A stretch of DNA of 64,000 nucleotides from Acidimicrobiales bacterium (GTDB lineage Bacteria > Actinomycetota > Acidimicrobiia > Acidimicrobiales > CATQHL01), in contig CBDBQD010000002.1 in the NCBI GenBank assembly GCA_965209115.1, forward strand, positions 261,042 to 325,041, given 5' to 3'. Below, in pieces: positions 37,576 to 47,629 of this stretch. The notes beneath the pieces are model-generated. The model searched no databases. It had not been told where the DNA came from and was given only the letters and a program-made list of their open reading frames with translations. Each line of letters opens with the position of its first letter. Position 1 is the first letter of the stretch. Made by a program: the position numbers and the translations under genes.

Positions 37576-38810
37576 CCGCCCGCCAACCGGCCGAAGTGGT
37601 GCGGCAGGCGGAGGGCGCGGCGCAGCCGATGCGGATCTACGACACGATCGCCGGCGAGGTCGTGCCCTTCGAGGTCGGCCCGGTGGTCACCATGTACACG
37701 TGCGGGATCACGCCGTACGACGCCACGCACCTGGGTCACGCCGCCACCTACCTGACCTACGACGTGCTGCAGCGGCGTCTGCGCGACAGGGGCCACGAGA
37801 CCCGCTGCGTGCGCAACGTGACCGATGTCGACGACGACATCCTGCGCAAGGCCCGCACGCTGGGCGTCCACTACCTGGACCTGGCGGCCGCCGAAGTGGC
37901 CCGGTTCGATTCCGACATGGCCGCTCTGGGCATGCTGGCGTGCTGGAGCGAGCCGCGGGCCACGTCGGCCATCGCCGACATCCGCGGTTTCATCGGCATG
38001 GTGCTCGACCGCGGCCATGCCTACGTGGCGGGAGGGGCGGTCTACTTCGAGGTGGCCACCTTCGACGGCTTCGGCGAGTTGAGCAAGCTGGACCGCGACG
38101 AGATGCTCGTTCTCGCCGCCGAGCGCGGCGGGAACCCCGACGATCCGGCCAAACGCGATCCCCTGGACTTCGTGCTCTGGCAGCCTTCGGCGCCCGACGA
38201 GCCGCAGTGGGGGTCGCTGTGGGGTCCCGGACGGCCCGGCTGGCACATCGAGTGCTCCACGCTGGCGATGCGCGAACTCGCCACCACCATCGACCTGCAC
38301 GGGGGCGGCTCCGATCTCATTTTCCCGCATCACGAGTGCGAGCGGGCGCAGTCCACCGCCGCGACCGGCGAGCCGTTCGCCCGCCACTGGATGCACCAGG
38401 CCATGGTCCGCATGGACGGCGAGAAGATGTCCAAGTCGCTCGGCAACCTCGTGTTCGTGAGCGACCTGTTGAAGGAGTACGACCCGCGCGCCGTGCGGCT
38501 GGCCGCCCTGGCGCACCACTACCGGGACTCCTGGGAGTGGCGTCCCGCCATGATGGTCGAGGCCGCGGAGCGCCTGGAGCGCTGGCAGCGCGCCGCCACC
38601 GGTGACGGTCCGCTCGCCGAGGTGCGTGCCGCCCTCGATCACGACCTCGACACGCCGGCCGCACTGGCGCGCATCGACGACGCCGTCGGCGGGGGCCAGG
38701 GCGTCGCCGCCTCCGCGATGCTGCTGGGGGTGGACCTGCGCGCCGGTGAGGCGCCCCGCCCGGAGCGGCCCGGCGACGCCGCGTGCGATCCGGGCGGCGC
38801 TCGCCGGTAG
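37572..38810 (+). CDS. mshC: L-cysteine:1D-myo-inositol 2-amino-2-deoxy-alpha-D-glucopyranoside ligase (mycothiol biosynthesis)
   Basis: CysRS-like but about 412 aa with no anticodon domain. MYTCGITPYDATHLGHAATYL, ERGGNPDDPAKRDPLDFVLW, GRPGWHIECS, GGGSDLIFPHHE, KMSKSLGNLVFVS. GTG 37572 overlaps the npdG stop. Confidence 0.8.
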   Translation: MTARQPAEVVRQAEGAAQPMRIYDTIAGEVVPFEVGPVVTMYTCGITPYDATHLGHAATYLTYDVLQRRLRDRGHETRCVRNVTDVDDDILRKARTLGVHYLDLAAAEVARFDSDMAALGMLACWSEPRATSAIADIRGFIGMVLDRGHAYVAGGAVYFEVATFDGFGELSKLDRDEMLVLAAERGGNPDDPAKRDPLDFVLWQPSAPDEPQWGSLWGPGRPGWHIECSTLAMRELATTIDLHGGGSDLIFPHHECERAQSTAATGEPFARHWMHQAMVRMDGEKMSKSLGNLVFVSDLLKEYDPRAVRLAALAHHYRDSWEWRPAMMVEAAERLERWQRAATGDGPLAEVRAALDHDLDTPAALARIDDAVGGGQGVAASAMLLGVDLRAGEAPRPERPGDAACDPGGARR

Positions 38811-38820
38811 CGTTCTCCAC

Positions 38821-40785
38821 ATGGTTCGTGTGCTGCTGCCGGACGGCTCGGCGCGCGCCCTTCCCGACGGCGCCACCGCTGCCGACCTGGCCGCGGTGAT
38901 CGGCCGGCGGCTCGCCCGCGACGCCGTGATAGCCAGCGTCGGCGGCGCCGAGGTGGACCTGTCGGCGCCGCTGGTCGACGGTGCAACCACCGAGATCATC
39001 ACCGCCGCCAGCGAGCGGGGCCTGCACACGCTGCGCCACTCCACCGCGCACGTCCTGGCGCAGGCGGTGCTGGGGCTCTACCCGGGCGCCACCTTCGCCA
39101 TCGGCCCGCCGGTGGCCGACGGCTTCTACTACGACTTCGAACTGCCCGGCGAGGCCACCTTCAGCGACGACGATCTGGCGCGGATCGAGGCGCGGATGCG
39201 GGAGATCATCGCCGCCGACCAGCCGTTCGTGCGCCGCGAGGTTGACGCCGCCGAGGCTCTGGAGGTCTTCGCCGACCACCCCTACAAGCGCGAGATCATC
39301 GAGCGGGTCAGCGCCGGCGCCGACGGGCAGGACGACGCCGATCTGGCCGGCGAGGCCGGCACCGGCGGCCCCGTGAGTTGCTACGCCAACGGCGAGGACT
39401 TCGTGGACCTCTGCTTGGGCCCGCACGTGCCATCCACCGGTCGCCTCGGCCACTTCGCCCTGCAGCGGGTGGCGGGCGCCTACTGGCGCGGCGACAGCGA
39501 CCGACCCATGCTGCAGCGCATCTACGGCACCGCTTGGGCCAGCGCCGCCGACCTGAAGGCCCACCTGCACCGCCTCGCCGAGGCGGCCCGGCGCGACCAC
39601 CGGCGCCTGGCCCGCGATCTGGATCTGGTGTCCTGGCCGGAGGAACTGGGGCCGGGGCTGGCGGTGTGGCATCCCAAGGGGGCGCTGGTGCGGCACCTCA
39701 TGGAGGACTACAGCCGCCGCCGCCATGCCTCCGGCGGCTATGAGTTCGTGTACACCCCGCACCTCGCCAAGGCCAACCTCTGGGAGACCAGCGGCCACCT
39801 GGACTTCTACGCCGAGAGCATGTATCCCCCGATGGAGCTGGACGGGGCCGCCTACTACCCCAAGCCCATGAACTGCCCGTTCCACGTGATGATCTACCGG
39901 TCCGGCCAGCGCTCCTACCGCGACCTGCCGCTGCGGCTGTTCGAGCTGGGCGCCGTCTACCGCTACGAGCTGTCGGGGGCGGTGCACGGCCTGCTGCGGT
40001 CGCGCGGCTTCACCCAGGACGACAGCCACATCTTCGCCACTCCTGAGCAGGTGCCGTCGGAACTGGCCTCATTGCTCGACTTCGTGCTGTCGGTGCTGCG
40101 GGCCTTCGGCTTCGACGACTTCCAGGCGAAGCTTTCCACGCGCCCGGCAACCAAGGCGGTCGGCCCCGTCGAGATGTGGGACCTCGCAACCGAGGGGCTG
40201 CGCGCCGCGCTCGAATCGGCGGGGCTGGACTACGTCACCGATCCCGGCGGCGGCGCCTTCTACGGACCGAAGATCGACGTCGACGTGACCGACGCCATAG
40301 GCAGGGCCTGGCAGCTCTCCACCCTGCAGGTCGACTTCAACCTGCCGGAGCGGTTCGACCTGCACTACACCGCCTCCGACGGGCAGCGCAACCGCCCCGT
40401 CATGATCCATCGGGCGCTGTTCGGCTCGGTGGAACGCTTCTTCGGCGTGCTGCTGGAGCACTACGCGGGCGCGTTCCCCACCTGGCTGGCACCGGTGCAG
40501 GCGAGCGTGCTGCCGGTCGCCGCCGACCACGCGGGCTACGCCGCCGATGTGGCCGAGCAGTTGCGTGCCGCGGGGCTGCGCGTCGAGGTGATGGCCAGCG
40601 ACGAGCCGCTGGGGCGGCGGGTGCGTGCCGCCAAGCTCCAGAAGGTTCCCTACGTGCTGGTCGTGGGCGCCAGCGACGTGGCGGCGGGCACCGTCGGCGT
40701 CAACCCGCGGGCCGCCGAGACCGAGCGGGACGTCCCGCTGGCCACCCTGACGGCCCGGATGCTGGCCGAGGCGGCGCCGCGCTGA
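38821..40785 (+). CDS. thrS: threonine--tRNA ligase
   Basis: TGS domain, HSTAHVLAQA editing motif, class II core (NCPFHVMIY...FTQDDSHIF...) and an anticodon-binding C-terminus. Confidence 0.9.
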   Translation: MVRVLLPDGSARALPDGATAADLAAVIGRRLARDAVIASVGGAEVDLSAPLVDGATTEIITAASERGLHTLRHSTAHVLAQAVLGLYPGATFAIGPPVADGFYYDFELPGEATFSDDDLARIEARMREIIAADQPFVRREVDAAEALEVFADHPYKREIIERVSAGADGQDDADLAGEAGTGGPVSCYANGEDFVDLCLGPHVPSTGRLGHFALQRVAGAYWRGDSDRPMLQRIYGTAWASAADLKAHLHRLAEAARRDHRRLARDLDLVSWPEELGPGLAVWHPKGALVRHLMEDYSRRRHASGGYEFVYTPHLAKANLWETSGHLDFYAESMYPPMELDGAAYYPKPMNCPFHVMIYRSGQRSYRDLPLRLFELGAVYRYELSGAVHGLLRSRGFTQDDSHIFATPEQVPSELASLLDFVLSVLRAFGFDDFQAKLSTRPATKAVGPVEMWDLATEGLRAALESAGLDYVTDPGGGAFYGPKIDVDVTDAIGRAWQLSTLQVDFNLPERFDLHYTASDGQRNRPVMIHRALFGSVERFFGVLLEHYAGAFPTWLAPVQASVLPVAADHAGYAADVAEQLRAAGLRVEVMASDEPLGRRVRAAKLQKVPYVLVVGASDVAAGTVGVNPRAAETERDVPLATLTARMLAEAAPR

Positions 40786-40810
40786 TGAGCGGGCCCGGGA
40801 GAGAATCGCG

Positions 40811-41335
40811 ATGAGTGAGTTGGGCCGACTCTGGGCCGGGTGGCGGGCCGACTACGTGGCCGCGGTGAGCGCGGAGGCGGACGAGGAGGGCTCGGGGTTC
40901 TCCTCGCCCTTCGAGGCGATCGGGCAGGGCGACCTCCCCGACAGCGAGACCTTCGTGCTGTGGCGCGGCGAGCACACCTATGCCGTGCTGAACGCCTTTC
41001 CCTACACGACCGGGCACCTGCTGGTGGTGCCGTATGTCCCCGCCGCCTCGCCCGACGACCTCGACGACGCCACCTGGGACGAACTCTGGTCAGCGGTGCG
41101 CGCCGCGGTGCGGGCGCTGCAGGCCGCCTACGACCCCGACGGGGTGAACGTGGGGCTCAACCTGGGCCGGGCGGCGGGCGCCGGCGTGCCCGGCCACCTG
41201 CACGTCCACTGCCTGCCCCGCTGGGCGGGCGACACCAACTTCATGACCACCGTGGGCGGGGTGCGGGTGCTGCCCGAGGCGCTGGAGGACACCTGGCGCA
41301 AGCTGCGGAGCGCCTGGCCACCCGCCGCCGGGTAG
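40811..41335 (+). CDS. HIT family protein (Ap4A phosphorylase-like)
   Basis: Histidine triad GHLHVHCLPR. The position after thrS matches the actinobacterial thrS-HIT-pgsA order. Confidence 0.8.
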   Translation: MSELGRLWAGWRADYVAAVSAEADEEGSGFSSPFEAIGQGDLPDSETFVLWRGEHTYAVLNAFPYTTGHLLVVPYVPAASPDDLDDATWDELWSAVRAAVRALQAAYDPDGVNVGLNLGRAAGAGVPGHLHVHCLPRWAGDTNFMTTVGGVRVLPEALEDTWRKLRSAWPPAAG

Positions 41336-41344
41336 CGTCGGATC

Positions 41345-41941
41345 ATGCCCTCCGAGACCGAGACCGAGGCCGAGGCCGAGGCCGAGCAGCCGCTGGCAGC
41401 CGCCGTCCCCCCCGGCGAGGACAGCGGCACGGACGCCGGCGACGAGCTGCCCCCCGAACTGGACGTGAGCGGCTACGTCGGGCCGTACGTCTTCCCCAAC
41501 AACAGCCGCCGGCGCGTGCCGGGCGCCCTCTACGCGTTCCTGGGCGTCGTGGTGATCGCCACCTGGGCGCTGACGCTCAGGAGCAATCCGAACATCGTCA
41601 ACGGCGGGTTCCTGGCCGCGGGCATCGCCCTGTGCGTGCTGGGTGCCTACCACTTCCGGGCCGGCTGGGAGCTGCGCGTCGAGGAGACCGACGCCCTGAT
41701 GGAGGCGGTGCGGGCGGTGGGCTTCCCGGTGGGCCACGCCTCGGCGCAGATGGGTTGGCGCGGCTGGTTCTCGCGCCCCACCTGGCGGATCCTGGTCTTC
41801 TCCAACGAGATCCGGCCCCTGAGGCGCGGGCTGGTCCTCGTGGACGGTGTGGAGCCGAAGGTGCTGGACGTCATCGTGGAGGACAACCCCGAGGACTGGT
41901 CGAACCTAACCGACAGCGACATCCATGGGCCGCCGGACTAG
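41345..41941 (+). CDS. hypothetical membrane protein
   Basis: Acidic N-terminus (ETETEAEAEAE), then two hydrophobic helices (ALYAFLGVVVIATWAL, FLAAGIALCVLGAY). Good coding composition. Confidence 0.5.
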   Translation: MPSETETEAEAEAEQPLAAAVPPGEDSGTDAGDELPPELDVSGYVGPYVFPNNSRRRVPGALYAFLGVVVIATWALTLRSNPNIVNGGFLAAGIALCVLGAYHFRAGWELRVEETDALMEAVRAVGFPVGHASAQMGWRGWFSRPTWRILVFSNEIRPLRRGLVLVDGVEPKVLDVIVEDNPEDWSNLTDSDIHGPPD

Positions 41942-41986
41942 CGGTCCGGTCGTCGTGGCGGGCCGGTAGCGGGGCCGGCAGGGGTC

Positions 41987-42556
41987 GTGTTCGACGGGCG
42001 CTGGCGGGTGGGGGTAGACCGTGTCGTCGACCCGACCGGCAGGGTGCTCTGGCGGCTCGGCGTGCGCGCCGATCATGTCACGCTGTTCGGCGTGGCGGCC
42101 TCGGCGGCCACCGCCGCCATGGTGGTCATCGACCGGTTCGGGTTGGCGTTCACCTTCATCGTCCTCACCGGACTGGGGGATCTGCTGGACGGCCCGGTCG
42201 CCAAGGCCGCCGGGACGGCTAGCAGGCGCGGCGCGTTCCTGGACTCCGTCTGCGACCGAGTCTCGGACACCCTGATCCTCGGAGCGCTCACCTATCACCT
42301 GCTCGACGATGGGGTTCTGGCCCTGCTTCCGGTGGCGGTGCTGGCCTCGGGGCAGTTCGTCTCGTACCTGCGCGCCAAGGCCGAGTCGCTGGGGCTGGAC
42401 GCCCGCGGCGGGCTGGCCGAGCGAGCCGAGCGGTTCGTGGTGCTGTGCTTCGGGCTGCTGGTTCCTGCCTGGCTGCCGTACGTGCTGTGGGCGCTGCTGG
42501 GGCTGACCCTGGTGACCGTGGTGCAGCGTTTCACCAAGATCTGGCGGCAGTTCTGA
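41987..42556 (+). CDS. pgsA: CDP-alcohol phosphatidyltransferase (phosphatidylinositol phosphate synthase-like)
   Basis: Motif D-x2-D-G-x2-A-...-G-x3-D-x3-D, seen as GDLLDGPVAKAAGTASRRGAFLDSVCDRVSD. Confidence 0.8.
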   Translation: MFDGRWRVGVDRVVDPTGRVLWRLGVRADHVTLFGVAASAATAAMVVIDRFGLAFTFIVLTGLGDLLDGPVAKAAGTASRRGAFLDSVCDRVSDTLILGALTYHLLDDGVLALLPVAVLASGQFVSYLRAKAESLGLDARGGLAERAERFVVLCFGLLVPAWLPYVLWALLGLTLVTVVQRFTKIWRQF

Positions 42557-42609
42557 GCGGTCCCCGCCGGCGCGGTCGGCACCTGCGGGCGCGGCTTCGC
42601 CGACGTCTG

Positions 42610-43512
42610 GTGCTGGAGCAGTACCGGCTCGGCGCCCGGTTCCTGCCGCACCTGCCCGACCGGCTGGTCGACGGCGGGACACGGCTGCTGGCCGGCACCC
42701 TGGCGCTGCGGCGCGGCGAGCAGCGGCTGATCGTCCAACGCAACCTGCGGCGGATCGGGACGGTCGGCGAGGAGTCCTCGAAGGGCGAGCTACAGCGTGC
42801 CGTGCGCGAGACGTTCGTCGCCTACGGGCGCTACTACGTCGACTGCGCCCGCCTCGCCGCCGCCGACCCGGCCGAGGTGGAGGCCGGTTTCACTTTCGAG
42901 GACTACCAGCACATCTCCGACGCCAGGCGCACCGGACCGGGGGCCATCCTGGTGCTGCCGCACGTCGGGAGTTGGGAATGGGCGGGCGTCTGGTTGGCCC
43001 AGCGACCGGGGATGAAGGTGACCGCGGTCGTCGAGCCGATCGATCATCCCGAGTTGTTCGAGTGGATGAGCAGGTTCCGGCGCCGGATCGGCATGGAGAT
43101 CGTGCCCGCCGGACCGGAGGCTCTCGGCGCGCTGACGAGGGCCCTGAACGACGGACACGTGGTCTGCCTGCTCGCCGATCGGGACATCGGCGGCGGCGGG
43201 GTGGAGGTGGACTTCTTCGGTGAGCGCACCACCCTCCCCGGCGGGCCGGCGGTGCTGGCGCGGCGCACCGGCTCGCCGATCGTGGGCGTCGTGGTGTCCA
43301 GCCGCAACGGGAAGTGCCACGCCGTATGCATGCCGCCGATGGTGGTCAGCCGCGCGGGACGACTCCGCGACGTCGTCGGCGAGACGACGCAGGCTCTGGC
43401 CCATCGGCTGGAGGAGATGATCCGGACCGCCCCGACCCAATGGCATCTGATGCAGCCCAACTGGCCGAGCGATCGCGCGGCTCTCGCGGCATTCCGGGAC
43501 GGCTCGGAGTGA
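42610..43512 (+). CDS. lauroyl/myristoyl acyltransferase family protein (PIM acyltransferase-like)
   Basis: HtrB/PatA-like (GAILVLPHVGSWEWAG...VCLLADRDIGGGGVEVDFFGERTTLPGGPAVLA). The start is uncertain: GTG 42610 was chosen to avoid a long overlap with pgsA. Confidence 0.7.
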   Translation: MLEQYRLGARFLPHLPDRLVDGGTRLLAGTLALRRGEQRLIVQRNLRRIGTVGEESSKGELQRAVRETFVAYGRYYVDCARLAAADPAEVEAGFTFEDYQHISDARRTGPGAILVLPHVGSWEWAGVWLAQRPGMKVTAVVEPIDHPELFEWMSRFRRRIGMEIVPAGPEALGALTRALNDGHVVCLLADRDIGGGGVEVDFFGERTTLPGGPAVLARRTGSPIVGVVVSSRNGKCHAVCMPPMVVSRAGRLRDVVGETTQALAHRLEEMIRTAPTQWHLMQPNWPSDRAALAAFRDGSE

Positions 43513-43545
43513 GTGCCGGCGCAGGCGCCCGCTAGCGTGAGTTCC

Positions 43546-44607
43546 GTGCGCGTGGGGATGATCAGCCCCTACAGCTTCACCCTTCCCGGCGGCGTGCAGA
43601 TGCAGGCCCTCTACCTGGCACGCGCCCTGCGGCGCCGCGGCCTGGCGGTGAGCCTGCTGGGACCGTGCGACGGCCCCCCGCCCGAGCCCGACATCATCCC
43701 CATCGGCAACTCGCTCTTCATCGCGGCGAACGGTTCCTTCGCGCCGATCGCCTTCGACATCCCGGCGTTCCAGCGCAGCTACGCAGTGTTGCGGGATCAG
43801 CGCTTCGACCTCCTGCACGTCCACGAGCCGCTGGTGCCGGCGCCCTCGCTCGCCGCCCTTGTCTCCAAGCGCGCCCCGCTGGTGGCCACGTTCCACGCCG
43901 CCGGCGGGTCCGCCGCCTACGAGAACGTCTCGCCGGTGCTGCGCTGGGTCTGCAATCGCCTGGATTGGCGCGGCGCCGTCTCCGCCGAGGCCGCCGATCT
44001 GGCCCGCCGCCACCTGGGTGGGACCTACGAGGTGCTGTTCAACGGCGTCCCGGTGGAGCGTTTCCGCCAGACCAAGCCACACCCCACCGAAGGTCCCACG
44101 ATCTTTTTCGTGGGTCGCCACGAGCCGCGCAAGGGCCTGGAGGTGCTGCTGGCGGCCATGCGCAGGCTGCCGCCCGACGTGGTGCTGTGGGTCGGGGGCG
44201 AGGGACCCCAGACCGAGATCCTGCAGAGGCGCACGGCCAATGACCGCCGCATCAGGTGGTTGGGCCGCCTCAGCGAGGACGAGAAGATCAGCCGTCTCTG
44301 TGGCGCCGACGTGTTCTGCGCGCCGTCGCTGCACGGCGAGTCCTTCGGCGTGGTGCTGCTGGAGGCGATGGCGGCCGAGACGGCGATCGTGGCCACCGAC
44401 ATTCCCGGCTACACCCGCGTGGCTCGTGCCGGGGTCGAGGCCTCGCTGGTGCCGCCCGGGGACGCCGAGCGCCTTGCCGGGGCGCTCCGGGAAGTGCTGG
44501 CGACGCCGGGCGACCTGGTGACGCGGGGAATCGAGCGGGCCGAGCAGTTCTCGATGGACCGGCTCGCCGAGCGCTACGCCGCCGTCTACGAGAGGGTGCT
44601 GGCGTGA
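43546..44607 (+). CDS. pimA: GT4 glycosyltransferase, phosphatidylinositol alpha-mannosyltransferase-like
   Basis: VRVGMISPYSFTLPGGVQMQALYLARAL is a PimA-type N-terminus. E-x7-E region ESFGVVLLEAMAAE. An alternative start is GTG 43513. Confidence 0.8.
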   Translation: MRVGMISPYSFTLPGGVQMQALYLARALRRRGLAVSLLGPCDGPPPEPDIIPIGNSLFIAANGSFAPIAFDIPAFQRSYAVLRDQRFDLLHVHEPLVPAPSLAALVSKRAPLVATFHAAGGSAAYENVSPVLRWVCNRLDWRGAVSAEAADLARRHLGGTYEVLFNGVPVERFRQTKPHPTEGPTIFFVGRHEPRKGLEVLLAAMRRLPPDVVLWVGGEGPQTEILQRRTANDRRIRWLGRLSEDEKISRLCGADVFCAPSLHGESFGVVLLEAMAAETAIVATDIPGYTRVARAGVEASLVPPGDAERLAGALREVLATPGDLVTRGIERAEQFSMDRLAERYAAVYERVLA

Positions 44608-45245
44608 CGGTGCTGATCATCGTCGTGGCCGCCGCCGGCGCCCTGGGGGTCCTGATTGCCGCCGCGCTGCTGGCGGCGGGCCGGATCGCGGGACGTTTGG
44701 CCGGGGCGCGCGCCCCGCTCGCGGCCGAGGCCGAACGGATGGAGGTGTACGTCGAGGCGCTGTGCCTGGGTGCCGGCCTGCCGGTCCCGAGGCTGGCGGT
44801 GATCGACGACGCCGCTTGCGGCGCGCTGGCCTACGGGCGCGGCCCCCGCACCGCCACGGTGGCGGTGACCAGCGGGCTGCTGGACGTCCTGGCCCCGGTG
44901 GAGTTGGAGGGCACGCTGGCTCACCTGCTGACGCGCATCGCCGACGGCACCGCGCGCCGCGACACCCGGCTTTGTGCCCTGGCGCTGCTGGGCGGCCCCT
45001 TCGGGGCGTCCTGGGCGTCGCGGCGCCTCGACGGCGCCCGGGTCGTGGCGGCGGACGTCAGCGCGGCGCAGCTGACACGCTTCCCACCGGGGGTCGTGGG
45101 TGCGCTGGCCCGCATGGAGGAGAGCGCTCCCGCGCTCAGGCGCCGCTCGCCGGCGATCCGCCATCTCTGGATGCACGAGGCCCTCGGACCGGGCCGCCGG
45201 AGGGTCCCTGTGGCCGACCGGATCACCGTTCTCGGCGACCTGTGA
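44604..45245 (+). CDS. membrane protein related to M48 peptidases, HExxH motif degenerate
   Basis: GTG 44604 overlaps the pimA stop. N-terminal TM helix. ELEGTLAHLLTRI sits where M48 proteins carry L.AHE..H. Confidence 0.45.
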   Translation: MTVLIIVVAAAGALGVLIAAALLAAGRIAGRLAGARAPLAAEAERMEVYVEALCLGAGLPVPRLAVIDDAACGALAYGRGPRTATVAVTSGLLDVLAPVELEGTLAHLLTRIADGTARRDTRLCALALLGGPFGASWASRRLDGARVVAADVSAAQLTRFPPGVVGALARMEESAPALRRRSPAIRHLWMHEALGPGRRRVPVADRITVLGDL

Positions 45246-45332
45246 GCGCCCCACGCCGGCACCGCCGTCCCGGTGTGGCTGCCGGCGCCTTTCGCCGACC
45301 GTGAGCCGAGCGCTGCGTCGTACACTGGAACC

Positions 45333-46268
45333 ATGACTGCCGCCGCGGATCCTTCCGAAGCCAACGCAACGGCTCCACCCGCCCCGCTGGGGCGCGCCCA
45401 GGGCACCATGCGGGTCAAGCGCGGCCTCGCCGAGATGCTCAAGCGCGGCGTCATCATGGACGTCGTCACCGCGGAGCACGCCCGGATCGCCGAGGACGCC
45501 GGAGCGGTGGCCGTGATGGCCCTCGAGCGTGTGCCGGCCGACATCCGCCGCGACGGCGGCGTGGCGCGCATGAGCCCGCCGGAGATCATCGAGTCCATCG
45601 TCGAGGCGGTCACGATCCCGGTCATGGCCAAGGCCCGCATCGGCCACTTCGCCGAGGCGCAGGTGCTCGAGGCCCTCGGCGTGGACTACATCGACGAGAG
45701 TGAGGTGCTGACGCCCGCCGATGAGGCCCACCACATAGACAAGTGGCAGTTCACGGTCCCCTTCGTCTGCGGCGCCACGAACCTCGGCGAAGCGCTCCGG
45801 CGGATATCGGAGGGTGCGGCGATGATCCGCTCCAAGGGTGAGGCCGGCACCGGCAACATCATCGAGGCGGTGCGCCACCTCCGGTCCATCACCGGCGACA
45901 TCCGCCGGATCACCGTCGCCGACAGCGCGGAGCTGTACGACTGGGCGAAGCGATTGCAGGCCCCCGTGGCGCTGGTGCGCGAGATCGCCGAAGCGGGCCG
46001 GCTGCCGGTGCCGCTGTTCTGTGCGGGAGGCGTCGCCACACCCGCCGACGCCTCGCTGGTCATGCAGCTGGGCGCCGAGGCCGTCTTCGTGGGTTCGGGC
46101 ATCTTCAAGAGCGACAACCCTGCGCCCCGCGCCAAGGCCGTCGTGGAGGCGACCACCAACTTCGACGATCCCGCCATCCTGCTGAAGGTCAGCCGCGGGC
46201 TCGGCGAGGCGATGCCCGGACTCGAGTTGGGCAACCTGGAGACCCGGCTGGCGGAGCGGGGTTGGTAG
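45333..46268 (+). CDS. pdxS: pyridoxal 5'-phosphate synthase lyase subunit
   Basis: [17 protein letters not shown]...[33 protein letters not shown]... Confidence 0.9.
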   Translation: MTAAADPSEANATAPPAPLGRAQGTMRVKRGLAEMLKRGVIMDVVTAEHARIAEDAGAVAVMALERVPADIRRDGGVARMSPPEIIESIVEAVTIPVMAKARIGHFAEAQVLEALGVDYIDESEVLTPADEAHHIDKWQFTVPFVCGATNLGEALRRISEGAAMIRSKGEAGTGNIIEAVRHLRSITGDIRRITVADSAELYDWAKRLQAPVALVREIAEAGRLPVPLFCAGGVATPADASLVMQLGAEAVFVGSGIFKSDNPAPRAKAVVEATTNFDDPAILLKVSRGLGEAMPGLELGNLETRLAERGW

Positions 46269-46290
46269 GCCGACCCGTGAAGGCCGATTC

Positions 46291-46863
46291 TTGAAGGTGG
46301 GGGTGCTGGCGCTTCAGGGCGCCGCAGAACTGCACCTGGCGGCTCTGCGGAGCATCGGGGCCGCCGCCGTGCCGGTTCGCCGGCCCGACGAACTCGCGGA
46401 TGTGGATCGGTTGATCCTGCCGGGCGGGGAGTCCACGACGATCTCGATGATGCTCGACGGCAACGGCCTCGCCGGGCCGCTGGCGGAGCGTCTCGCCGGC
46501 GGCATGAGCACGCTCGGAACCTGCGCCGGTCTGCTCCTGCTGGCCGCTGAGGTCAGCGACGGGCGGGACGACCAGCACTGCTTCGGCGCCCTCGACATCT
46601 CGGCACGCCGCAACGCCTACGGGCCCCAGACGGAGTCCTTCGAGGCCGACCTGCCGATTGCAGCGTTGGGTCCGTCACCGATGACGGCGGTCTTCATCCG
46701 CTCGCCGATCGTGGAGCGCGTCGGGCCCGAGGTGGAGGTGCTCGCCCGCCTCGACGGCCATCCCGTGCTGTGCCGCCAGGGTCGCGCCTGGGGCTGTACG
46801 TTCCATCCCGAGCTGTCGGGCGATCTGCGCCTGCACCGCCTGTTCTGCGAGGAGATGGCGTAG
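46291..46863 (+). CDS. pdxT: pyridoxal 5'-phosphate synthase glutaminase subunit
   Basis: KVGVLALQGA...LILPGGESTT...GTCAGLLLLA...FHPEL (Cys-His triad glutaminase). TTG start. Confidence 0.9.
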   Translation: MKVGVLALQGAAELHLAALRSIGAAAVPVRRPDELADVDRLILPGGESTTISMMLDGNGLAGPLAERLAGGMSTLGTCAGLLLLAAEVSDGRDDQHCFGALDISARRNAYGPQTESFEADLPIAALGPSPMTAVFIRSPIVERVGPEVEVLARLDGHPVLCRQGRAWGCTFHPELSGDLRLHRLFCEEMA

Positions 46864-47619
46864 ATGTCGGGTCACTCCAAATGGGCCACCATCAAGCACC
46901 GCAAGGGCGCGGCCGACAAGCGGAGGGGGAAGCTCTTCGCCCGCCTCATCCGGCAGGTGGAGGTGGCTGCCCGCGCCGGCGGCGGCGACCTCGACGGCAA
47001 CCCCACGCTGCGCACCATGTACCAGAAGGCGCGCGACGCCTCGGTGCCCCTGGACACCATCGAGCGGGCCATCAAGCGGGGCACCGGCGAGCTGGAGGGG
47101 GTGGCCTACGAGCCGTTCACCTACGAGGGCTACGCCCCGGCCGGGGTGGCGCTCTACGTCGAGGTGCTGACCGACAACCGCAACCGCACCTCCTCGGAGG
47201 TCCGCTCGCTGTTCCGGGCGCACGGGGGTTCGCTGGCGGAGCCGGGGGCGGTGGCCTGGCAGTTCCGCCGGGGCGGGGTGATCACCGTCTCCCGAGCCGT
47301 CGATGAGGAGGAGCTGATGATGGCCACCCTCGACGCCGGGGCCGAGGACATCGTCGACGAGGGCGACACCTGGCGGGTGACCTGCGCGCCGACGGACCTG
47401 CCGGCGCTATCCGCCGCCCTGGAGGCCGCCGCCATCGCCGTGGAGAACGCCGAGTCCACGATGCTGGCGACGCAGGCAGTGCCCGTCACCTCGATCGAGC
47501 AGGCCCGCTCGGTGCTGCGCCTCGTCGGCGAGCTGGACGACCACGACGACGTCCAAGGGGTGCACGCCAACTTCGACATCCCCGACGAAATCCTCCAGGA
47601 TCTGGCCGCCTCCGTCTAA
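46864..47619 (+). CDS. YebC/PmpR family DNA-binding transcriptional regulator
   Basis: MSGHSKWATIKHRKGAADKRRGKLFARL... Confidence 0.9.
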   Translation: MSGHSKWATIKHRKGAADKRRGKLFARLIRQVEVAARAGGGDLDGNPTLRTMYQKARDASVPLDTIERAIKRGTGELEGVAYEPFTYEGYAPAGVALYVEVLTDNRNRTSSEVRSLFRAHGGSLAEPGAVAWQFRRGGVITVSRAVDEEELMMATLDAGAEDIVDEGDTWRVTCAPTDLPALSAALEAAAIAVENAESTMLATQAVPVTSIEQARSVLRLVGELDDHDDVQGVHANFDIPDEILQDLAASV

Positions 47620-47629
47620 CCTCGTACGA

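Noticed and set aside
38317-40029. Long minus-strand ORFs opposite mshC/thrS (37527-39044, 38317-40029) and opposite relA (60202-62127)
   Set aside because: They are antisense to genes with unambiguous motifs, and the translations are low-complexity.
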